DNA of 64,000 bases, from contig CAJUIS010000003.1 of the NCBI GenBank assembly GCA_910586645.1, positions 75,106 through 139,105 of the forward strand, written 5' to 3'. The notes beneath the pieces are model-generated. The model was not told the DNA's origin and made no database searches. It saw nothing but the letters and a program-made list of their open reading frames with translations. The position numbers and the translations under genes were made by a program. Source of the stretch: an uncultured Lachnospiraceae bacterium. GTDB taxonomy: Bacteria > Bacillota > Clostridia > Lachnospirales > Lachnospiraceae. Positions 56,382-64,000 of this stretch are shown here, in pieces (position 1 is the first letter of the stretch; every line of letters starts with the position of its first letter).

Positions 56382-57647
56382 CTATGAAGACATTTCGATG
56401 CAAAACAGTTTTCTGATTTCTCCGATAAAATACAACGAGCCAAACGCCACGGTGCGTCCGCATTCCCCGTTTTTGGCTCCCTTTGCCAGAAACGGGCGAA
56501 AAACTTCTCTTAAATCATCCTTTGCATCTGCAGAAACGCCGGATTTTCTTATATATTCCGCAAGCGTTTCCGCCTGCAGCGCACGCCCGCTCTCCGGCGT
56601 AACGGCAGTGACTTTTTCGGCAAGCGGAAGAATCCTCGCCGCCATTTTTCTGTAATCTTTATCCGCCATAACTCCCATAATAAAATGGAACTTCTCTTTT
56701 GGGTACATATGGATTAAACTTTCAGCAAGAGCGTTTACTCCGTCTTCGTTATGCGCGCCGTCGATTAACAAAAACGGCATATCCTTTATGATTTCCATTC
56801 TTCCGGGCCAGACCGCCGTTTCAATCCCACGGCGAACCGCCCCGTCTGGAACCGGATAGCCAAGGTCTGTAAGCTCCCTTGCGCAAAGCGCGGCTGCCAG
56901 AGCGTTTTCTTTCTGAAACTCTCCGATCATCCTCATTTTATAAAGCCCCTCGCCCGGATAAGAAAACCCTTCCGGCGTCGTGACAATCTCTTCTTTTCGC
57001 AGGACATTGCAGGGAATCTCCAGCTTTTTGCAGGATGCAAGCAAAACTTCCAGAGCCTCCGGCTGCTGGCTCTCTGATACCGCCCGCATTCCTCTTTTGA
57101 AAATCCCCGCTTTTTCCGCTGCAATTTCCCCCAGCGTATTTCCAAGAACTTCCATATGATCGTATCCGATTTTTGTAATGATCCCAACCAGAGGCTGTTC
57201 AATCACATTCGTTGCGTCCAGCCGCCCGCCAAGCCCCGTCTCCAACACAACAATCCGGCACTCCTGTTCTTTAAAAAAAAGAAGCGCCATAGCCAGGCAG
57301 TAATCAAACATCGTCGGGCCTGCGTTTATTTTTAAGTTCAGCAGCTTTTCTCCAATCTCCGCCGCCTTCTCCCTTGGAATCTGTCTGCCGTCCACCTGAA
57401 TCCGCTCTGTAAAATCCAAAAGATGCGGTGATGTAAACTGCCCTGTCTTTATGCCCGCTTCCCGCAAAATTGCGCACAAAAAAGCTGCCGTAGAACCTTT
57501 CCCATTCGTTCCCGCGATATGGACAAACGCAAGATCTTTCTGGGGATCGCCTGCTGCAGCCAGTAATTCTTTGCTTACCACAACGCCCGGCTGGCTGCCA
57601 AACCTCTTTTTCTGTTCAATCGTCTGAATGACTTTTTGATAATCCAT
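56382..57647 (-). CDS. folC: Folylpolyglutamate synthase / dihydrofolate synthase
   Basis: HIAGTNGKGS, FTSPHL, ETGLGGRLDATN, WPGRME, DGAHN, FGSLY. Confidence 0.96.
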   Translation of the reverse strand: MDYQKVIQTIEQKKRFGSQPGVVVSKELLAAAGDPQKDLAFVHIAGTNGKGSTAAFLCAILREAGIKTGQFTSPHLLDFTERIQVDGRQIPREKAAEIGEKLLNLKINAGPTMFDYCLAMALLFFKEQECRIVVLETGLGGRLDATNVIEQPLVGIITKIGYDHMEVLGNTLGEIAAEKAGIFKRGMRAVSESQQPEALEVLLASCKKLEIPCNVLRKEEIVTTPEGFSYPGEGLYKMRMIGEFQKENALAAALCARELTDLGYPVPDGAVRRGIETAVWPGRMEIIKDMPFLLIDGAHNEDGVNALAESLIHMYPKEKFHFIMGVMADKDYRKMAARILPLAEKVTAVTPESGRALQAETLAEYIRKSGVSADAKDDLREVFRPFLAKGAKNGECGRTVAFGSLYFIGEIRKLFCIEMSS

Positions 57648-57653
57648 AGAATC

Positions 57654-58496
57654 CTAAACCACCATAATAATGCCGCCGTCATTTGCATACATGCTGCTGA
57701 TTCCCGCTGTGTCTGCAACAATGATTTTTTTAAACGCCGCAAGTTTTTTTATCTCCTCAACAACCGCCTCTGCCCTCTGCGGACAGTTGCAGTGCGAAAT
57801 GGCAAGAATGCGGTTTTCCCCGTCTGTTACGCCTGCAAGCATCTCTTCCACCATCTTCTTCAGAGCCTTATTCATGCCTCTTGCCTGCCCTAACTGGCAA
57901 ATCTGCCCTTCCGGCGTGGAAGCCATCACCGGTTTAATATTCAGGGCATTGGCGACAAAAGCTTTTAAATTGCTGAGTCTGCCGTTCTTGCGGAGCGTTT
58001 CAAGCGTTTCAAGGACAAAATATGTGCGCTGCTCACTGATATAACGTTCTGTTGTCTCTACCGTCTCCTCAAAAGACATTCCCGACTCTTCGCATTCCTG
58101 CGCTTTGATTCCAATCAGCGTCTCTCCGACGGACGCCGAACGGGAATTGAATACATAAATCTGTTTGCCGTCTCCGCCATATTCTTCCTCGTACAGCTTC
58201 TTTGCAAGCTGGGCGCTGTTATAAGAGCCGCTCAACTCTTTGGACAGAGTGACGACATATACGTGTTCTTCCTCTCCTCTGTATAACTCCATATAGCTCT
58301 CCGGCGAAGGACAGGACGACTTGGGCCCGGTCGGGCTTTCTTTTACTTTTTTCAGAAAGTCCTTCTGATCAAACGTCTCGTCGTCCACAATCCTCTCGCC
58401 GTCCACTTCCATTTCCAGCGCGACGTTCCAAAAATGCCCGTCCGCCTTTAACTCTTCTGTCAATTCCCCGCAGCTGTCAATGATGATTTTATACAT
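57654..58496 (-). CDS. DegV-family fatty-acid-binding protein (FakB-like)
   Basis: IIIDS, SSCPSP, LSKELSGSYNSA, LRKNGRLS, LNIKP. Confidence 0.93.
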   Translation of the reverse strand: MYKIIIDSCGELTEELKADGHFWNVALEMEVDGERIVDDETFDQKDFLKKVKESPTGPKSSCPSPESYMELYRGEEEHVYVVTLSKELSGSYNSAQLAKKLYEEEYGGDGKQIYVFNSRSASVGETLIGIKAQECEESGMSFEETVETTERYISEQRTYFVLETLETLRKNGRLSNLKAFVANALNIKPVMASTPEGQICQLGQARGMNKALKKMVEEMLAGVTDGENRILAISHCNCPQRAEAVVEEIKKLAAFKKIIVADTAGISSMYANDGGIIMVV

Positions 58497-58711
58497 CCGC
58501 CACCTCCAAAACCAGTCTCTATATTTTATGTTAATCTTTTCTATTTTATATAGTTTTGATTACCAGATGTATATTACCACAAAAACCGCTTCCTGTATAG
58601 GCTGAAACGAAAATTTATTTTACTTTTACGCTCTTTTTCCGCTCCTTCTTTCGTTTCCTATTTCTTCCTCTCCTTCACCGGATCGTATTTTATATTTTTT
58701 TCATTTTCCTC

Positions 58712-58767
58712 TTGACAATGTCTGATTTTTATATTATTGTATTAGCAACTTAATACAATAATATAAA
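58712..58767 (+). promoter_or_regulatory. Promoter and YtrA-type operator palindrome
   Basis: TTGACA-17-TATTGT overlapped by perfect 17-bp inverted repeat TTTATATTATTGTATTA-6-TAATACAATAATATAAA (58728-58767). Confidence 0.8.
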
Positions 58768-58783
58768 TGAAAGAGGTGACAAA

Positions 58784-59155
58784 ATGGCATGGAATTTAAA
58801 TTCCGACCGCCCCATTTTTATGCAGCTCATTGAAATTATTCAGATTTCAATTATTTCCGGCAAATACGCTCCCGGCAGCAAGCTTCCTTCTGTACGGGAT
58901 TTGGCCCAGGAAGCGTCTGTCAATCCGAACACGATGCAGAAAGCCCTTGCCGAATTAGAGCGGAGCGGCCTTGTATTTTCCCAGAGAACCAGCGGACGTT
59001 TTATTACGGAGGATTATCGCATGATAGAAGAATTAAAATCCAAACTCGCCAGAGAAGAAATTGAGCAGTTTTTGGAAAGTATGCAAAAACTTGGTTTCCA
59101 GAAAGAAGAAACCATGGATCTGATGTCTCAGATTTTGAAAGGAGAGAACGCATGA
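58784..59155 (+). CDS. GntR-family regulator, YtrA subfamily
   Basis: PIFMQL, LPSVRDLA...VNPNTMQKA, RTSGRF; short C-terminal domain; precedes ABC genes. Confidence 0.93.
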   Translation: MAWNLNSDRPIFMQLIEIIQISIISGKYAPGSKLPSVRDLAQEASVNPNTMQKALAELERSGLVFSQRTSGRFITEDYRMIEELKSKLAREEIEQFLESMQKLGFQKEETMDLMSQILKGENA

Positions 59156-59850
59156 GCGCAATTTTAGAATGCAAAAATTTAAGTAAGGCATACGGCAGAA
59201 AAACAGCGTTAAGCCATATCAATCTTACCCTTTCCGGCGGACACATCATTGGGCTGCTCGGCCCAAACGGAAGCGGCAAGACGACTCTGATCAAACTGAT
59301 CAACGGCCTTTTAACGCCAAGTGAAGGAAGTCTGCTGGTCGGCGGAAATCCCGTCGGCATTGAAAGCAAAAAAATCGTTTCCTATCTTCCGGATCAGTCC
59401 TATCTGGATATGAATCTTAAGGTTCAGGAACTGATTGCCTATTTTAAAGACTTTTATGAGGACTTTGATGAAAGCCGGGCATACGATATGCTTGCCAAAC
59501 TAAACATCAGCCCTTCCGACAAATTAAAAACCATGTCCAAGGGCACAAAAGAAAAAGTGCAGCTTATTCTGATTATGAGCCGCCGGGCAAAACTTTATGT
59601 CTTAGACGAACCGATTGCAGGCGTCGATCCTGCAGCGAGGGATTATATTTTAAACACGATTTTAAGCAACTATGACGAGGACGCCGCCATCCTGATTTCC
59701 ACGCATCTGATTTCAGATATTGAAAATATTCTTGACGAAGTTGTTTTTATCAAAGAAGGCCAGGTCGTCCTGACTTCCTCCGTCGATAAGATACGGGAAG
59801 AAAACGGAAAATCCATTGATTCTTTATTCCGGGAGGTATTCAAATGTTAG
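59152..59850 (+). CDS. ABC transporter ATP-binding protein
   Basis: GPNGSGKT, MSKG, LDEP, STH. Confidence 0.95.
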   Translation: MSAILECKNLSKAYGRKTALSHINLTLSGGHIIGLLGPNGSGKTTLIKLINGLLTPSEGSLLVGGNPVGIESKKIVSYLPDQSYLDMNLKVQELIAYFKDFYEDFDESRAYDMLAKLNISPSDKLKTMSKGTKEKVQLILIMSRRAKLYVLDEPIAGVDPAARDYILNTILSNYDEDAAILISTHLISDIENILDEVVFIKEGQVVLTSSVDKIREENGKSIDSLFREVFKC

Positions 59851-60653
59851 GAAAATTATTAAAACATGAACTGAAAGATACGGCCAGACTGTTTCTGCCG
59901 TTAAATGCAATTGTGCTTGCCGTTGCAGCCGTCTGGTCTGTTCTGATTTGGATTGGACTTTTTGACAACAGCGTCCTTGGCCCGGTCGGCGGGATTCTTC
60001 TGCTGATCTATATTCTCAGCATCATGGCCCTGTTTATCATTACCGCGGCATACCTTGCGTTCCGTTTCTATAAAACGATGTATGCAAATCAGGGATATCT
60101 GACGCATACGCTTCCGGTATCTTCCGCCTCTGTATTAAATTCAAAAATCATAGCGGCGCTATCCTGGCTTCTCCTTGCCTTTATCATATGCTTCCTCTCT
60201 ATTTTAATCCTGTTTCTTAGCATAGACGGATTTCCGGAAGCCGCTGATTTTCAAAGGTTTGAAGAACAGATTTCCACTGTTTTCGGCATAGGCGTTTTTC
60301 CGTCTGTCTGCCTGATTGCCGGGATAATTTTAGGCTTTTGCCTGAACATGACAATGATGGTGTTTGCAAGTCTCTCCATCGGGCAGCTTTTTCACCAGCG
60401 CCGCATTCCCGCTGCGATTGGCGCAGGCATTGTCTTTTACATTATACAGCAGATTACTTCGGTTGTCCTGCTTTTTATTCTGGTATTTGGAATGACAGAT
60501 TTCATGGAACTTTCCCCGGAAACTGCACTGATAGAGTCCGCAGCCCTTTACCGCGGCTCTTTCCTGCTGACCATAGCCGCTATGTTTTTGTTTGCAGCCG
60601 TTTACTATATCATCTGTTTTGTGATTACAAAAAAGAAACTGAATCTGGAATAA
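59844..60653 (+). CDS. ABC-2-type transporter permease
   Basis: MLGKLLKHE, GYLTHTLPV, six TMs, KKLNLE end. Confidence 0.88.
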   Translation: MLGKLLKHELKDTARLFLPLNAIVLAVAAVWSVLIWIGLFDNSVLGPVGGILLLIYILSIMALFIITAAYLAFRFYKTMYANQGYLTHTLPVSSASVLNSKIIAALSWLLLAFIICFLSILILFLSIDGFPEAADFQRFEEQISTVFGIGVFPSVCLIAGIILGFCLNMTMMVFASLSIGQLFHQRRIPAAIGAGIVFYIIQQITSVVLLFILVFGMTDFMELSPETALIESAALYRGSFLLTIAAMFLFAAVYYIICFVITKKKLNLE

Positions 60654-60657
60654 ACAT

Positions 60658-60700
60658 AAAGAAAGCAGACCGCTTATTCCCCAGGCGGCCTGCTTTCTTT
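60658..60700. terminator. Bidirectional terminator overlapping the M50 gene stop
   Basis: AAAGAAAGCAG.CCGC...GCGG.CTGCTTTCTTT. Confidence 0.75.
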
Positions 60701-61837
60701 AAACTTTGCCCCTGCAAGCTCAATCAGCTCCATCTCGCTTTCCACATCCGAGATATAAGGATAAATATCGGCATTCAGCTCAAACAGCAGTTCTGTCATA
60801 CGCGCCTTTACCTCGTCATTCTTGCAAAACAGATTGTAGATATGTAATGTACGGAAAACGGAAAGATTTTGATACTTCCATTCAAAAAACTTTAAAAGCC
60901 GCTTTGTCACAAGCCGTTCCACGATTTCTTTATCCTGATCTAAAATCAATGCGCAGTACAGCCTGTCGCAGGTAAGAAACGCTCTCTGCATCTTATCGAT
61001 TGCCGTATCCATCGTTTCAAGCTTGTCAATCATTTCCGCCGCTTTGTCAAAACGATGGATATCCATCAAATAACTTTCGCAAAAAATGGCCATATCTGTC
61101 ATTATGCTGTTTTTCAGCTCTTCCTCCTCCGGAAATACAAACCACTCGCTCGGCAGATCTTTGAACTGGTATCCCTTTGTCAGCATTTCATTTCCTTTCA
61201 TCTGCGTCCACAGAGCGTAAAGCGCAGACGGAGACTGACTGAGAAGAAGCGCGTTATAACCGTCGTTGTCCACTGTTCCAAACCGCATGGGGACGCCGTT
61301 AAGAAGCGCCGTTCCTACGCCCATAATGCCCATAATCAGAAAAGAAACCGCCAGAAAGGACACCTCTCTGTAGGAATAATACCCCCAGAAAGCAAAAATC
61401 CCGCAAACCATGTTCATAATTGAGCCGCCAAGATGGTACAGGACAAACGGCATTTTCCCGTCCTTCATTGGGGGCGGCGACATCAGGCACTGGGCGCTTG
61501 TTCTTAAACCCGGCGTCTTCATATACATCAGATGTCCGTACACCTTTACCCAGATGCAGGTGCCGATATGAAAAGACAAAAAACGATAGCCGGTCAGACG
61601 CCCAAAGATAAAATGACCCGCCTCATGCAGAAAAATCTGCGTCATCAAGGCTATATATACAGCAATAACCGTCAGGGCGAGAAGATAGATATATTCCTTT
61701 TCTGACCAGCTTGTTTTAAAAATCGTATCCATCACCGCACGAATCGAAAACCCGCACGCAGCCCCCATAAGAAGACAAAACAGCAGCATCAGATACCTTC
61801 CGTTTCTCTTTGTTTTCTTTTTATTTTTCTTTTTCAT
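60674..61837 (-). CDS. M50-family (site-2) membrane metallopeptidase
   Basis: HEAGH in a TM, GG..MN, NGVP...DNDG, helical C-terminal domain. Confidence 0.85.
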   Translation of the reverse strand: MKKKNKKKTKRNGRYLMLLFCLLMGAACGFSIRAVMDTIFKTSWSEKEYIYLLALTVIAVYIALMTQIFLHEAGHFIFGRLTGYRFLSFHIGTCIWVKVYGHLMYMKTPGLRTSAQCLMSPPPMKDGKMPFVLYHLGGSIMNMVCGIFAFWGYYSYREVSFLAVSFLIMGIMGVGTALLNGVPMRFGTVDNDGYNALLLSQSPSALYALWTQMKGNEMLTKGYQFKDLPSEWFVFPEEEELKNSIMTDMAIFCESYLMDIHRFDKAAEMIDKLETMDTAIDKMQRAFLTCDRLYCALILDQDKEIVERLVTKRLLKFFEWKYQNLSVFRTLHIYNLFCKNDEVKARMTELLFELNADIYPYISDVESEMELIELAGAKFKESRPPGE

Positions 61838-61946
61838 TCATCCTCCGTTTGTTATATAGATTTTATTTTTTTACTTTATATATTAAATAAAATCATAACA
61901 CAATTCATTTCTCTTGGCAACTTTTCTTTGTGAGCTTTTTTCTTTT

Positions 61947-64000
61947 TTATCCTCTCTCGTTTACAAGAATCACTTCCACTTCAAACCGGCACGTTACGTC
62001 CTTTAAATATCTTTCCAGATCTCCCAGGTATGCTTCATATTCCCCGCCGCCGCTTTTTCCAAGCCTGAAAAAACTGTTTGTCAGATCGATTCCCGGTGCG
62101 GTCAAAAGATTCTCTTCGCTCTTTGCCAGCTCTTTTTCAAACAAATCCTCCAGCTCTTGCCTGATTTGATCCCCTTTTTGGCCCCCTGTCTCCATATTTT
62201 TCTCAACGACGGCTTCCAGGCGTATTTTACTCTTATACAAAAGTCCTTCTTCTGCGTCGAACGCCCCTTTGCTGACAATCCTGTTTATCGTAATTGCAAG
62301 CCCGTCTTCCATTGTAAACGCCAGCTTTTTTATTTTTCCCTGCGTCAGATAGGACAATACCGCTTCGCGGACGCTGACTTCCCCTTTTGGCTCTCCTCCT
62401 GAAATGGCATAGTAGTTGCGAATCACGGGAAGCCCGCCTTCCCCGGCAAGCACCGGAACCAGCAAAAGCTGCTCCCTGTTCTCCGTGTCATTGAACAGAT
62501 CTCCAAGCGTTACGGTATCTTTCAGCTTATAATCTTCCCTGCTGTCAATCATCTCTTCCAGATAGCTTCCGATTGCCGTATCCAGATTTTCATCCAGATT
62601 TAAAATTTCCGCCGCATTATCCGCAAAAAATAAAAGCGTATTTCTTGCAATCAGGCTCTCTTTGCTGCAGATTTGCAGAAAATTGGAAAGCGCTTTCGTA
62701 TCCTCTACAAAATCTTCCGACAAAATCAAAGCTTTCATATGGTTATAATCCATAATTTTATTTGTATTATTGGCAAATTTAGAAATTCCGGTAAAAAAAT
62801 CTTTTTCTTCAATAAAAAAATCCGTCCCGCCCGGATTATCGGCGTTTTGATCCGCAATGGCGGAAAGATCCTGAAATTTGTAACTGATGATACAGGAGCC
62901 CTCCGTTTCATCAATTCCAAGCGCAAGCGGAAATTTCCTGTTTTCAAGCTCCATGGTACTGCATCCGGAAAGAAACAGGCAGACATAGGTCAAAAAGAAA
63001 CAACTGACCGCTTTTTTTCCTTTTCCATGAAATTTTACGCATACTGCGGCCGCAAGCGGAATCAGCACGACCAGCGGCGTAGCCCAGAACAAAAAGATAT
63101 GAACGGCGCATTTCGTAAAAGCCGCCGAACGATAGCCTGCCACCGAAATCCCAAAAAAAGCCGCCGCCGCAAAGGCTGTCCACCACTTTTCTTTTTTTCC
63201 GGCCGTCAGCTCTTTTAAACTTTCGGCCGCATAAAACATACTGCTGCTAAGCAGCGCAAACACAGTAAAAAACCAAATTGCAAGCATCAAAGCGTCCTGT
63301 CTTTGAAAAAATCCGCCCGGAATCTGAATCATGCTCATCAGCGTGACCGCCGGATATTCCAAAACGGTCATTGCAGACGTTCCAAAAATCCCCTGCAGTA
63401 CGGCGTACAAAGCCAGCAGAACAACCCCGCTGAACAGCACGGCCGAAAAAAGCGCCCCTTTCACAGACTCTCTCTTTTTTGCAAACGGATTTAAAAACAA
63501 CGCAACCCCTCCAATGGAAAATACCGAAAAACAAAGCCCGCTTCCATAAAAAATTCCGGAAGCGTCTTTTGTAAACAGCGGAAACAGGCGGGGAATTTCC
63601 ACGTCCCTGGCCGCAAAAAACAGCATAACAAACAAAGGCGCCATCAAAAACCAGAACAGGATTTCATAAATCCTTGCCCTGCCTTCAATTCCCTGCATAA
63701 TCGCATAGACGCAGAGAGCGAGAATCCCGGCCGCAATCCAGTAAAAAGACTGTTCCTTTAACAATTCCGTAATGATCAGATGTCCAAAAATATAAGCCGT
63801 GTATCCGCCCAGAAATAAATAATACAACGCGTAAAAAATAAGGATTGCCGTACCAAAAATTTTTCCAAAGCAGCGTTTCAAATAAGCGGGATAACTTTCT
63901 TCGTCCTCCATCGCCCCTATCAGCCATCCAATCAAAGCACAGTAGAAAAGTCCCGCCAAAATTCCAAGCAACACAGACAGAAGCCCGTTTTTTCCGGCCG
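61947..64000 (-). CDS. Fused spore germinant receptor B (GerAB-like) and C (GerAC-like) protein; 5' end beyond window
   Basis: Multi-TM part with GIEGRAR.YE and GGFFQRQD; then lipobox LFLSG-C, ELENRKFPLALGID, DYNHMKALIL; frame open to window edge. Confidence 0.8.
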   Translation of the reverse strand, partial: AGKNGLLSVLLGILAGLFYCALIGWLIGAMEDEESYPAYLKRCFGKIFGTAILIFYALYYLFLGGYTAYIFGHLIITELLKEQSFYWIAAGILALCVYAIMQGIEGRARIYEILFWFLMAPLFVMLFFAARDVEIPRLFPLFTKDASGIFYGSGLCFSVFSIGGVALFLNPFAKKRESVKGALFSAVLFSGVVLLALYAVLQGIFGTSAMTVLEYPAVTLMSMIQIPGGFFQRQDALMLAIWFFTVFALLSSSMFYAAESLKELTAGKKEKWWTAFAAAAFFGISVAGYRSAAFTKCAVHIFLFWATPLVVLIPLAAAVCVKFHGKGKKAVSCFFLTYVCLFLSGCSTMELENRKFPLALGIDETEGSCIISYKFQDLSAIADQNADNPGGTDFFIEEKDFFTGISKFANNTNKIMDYNHMKALILSEDFVEDTKALSNFLQICSKESLIARNTLLFFADNAAEILNLDENLDTAIGSYLEEMIDSREDYKLKDTVTLGDLFNDTENREQLLLVPVLAGEGGLPVIRNYYAISGGEPKGEVSVREAVLSYLTQGKIKKLAFTMEDGLAITINRIVSKGAFDAEEGLLYKSKIRLEAVVEKNMETGGQKGDQIRQELEDLFEKELAKSEENLLTAPGIDLTNSFFRLGKSGGGEYEAYLGDLERYLKDVTCRFEVEVILVNERG

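Overview
Chromosomal window from a Clostridia-class Firmicute, most likely Lachnospiraceae (inferred from gene content and order). 1-23.6 kb is mostly housekeeping: pfkA (partial), dnaE, dut, gpsA, plsY, der, a DUF512 radical-SAM-like gene, asnS, corA, dapA/dapB under a lysine riboswitch, ssb, topB and an MCP. 47.4-64 kb holds typA, htrA, nrdDG with tandem NrdR boxes, an AT-rich stand-alone ParA-family ATPase, folC, degV, a YtrA/GntR-ABC operon, an M50 peptidase and a fused GerAB-GerAC gene (partial). The centre (23.7-47.3 kb) is a surface-appendage island of two divergent arms. The minus-strand arm is a hybrid operon: a sortase-C pilus (1846-aa tip adhesin with ten HxHxxxC repeats and a fibro-slime/PA14-like segment, backbone pilin, two SrtC) plus SipW with two TasA/BsaA-like substrates, more anchored proteins and a convergent SrtB. 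It is headed by a SARP/BTAD regulator whose C-terminus looks like an inactive GGDEF domain with an intact RxxD I-site. The plus-strand arm is a non-canonical type IV filament-like operon (transglutaminase-like lipoprotein, PilC, four pilin-like proteins, and a PilT-type ATPase as the only motor; no PilB or prepilin peptidase). These two arms are the best candidates for an undescribed system. I saw no CRISPR array, rRNA, tRNA, transposase or integrase. All calls come from reading motifs by eye; no database search was run.
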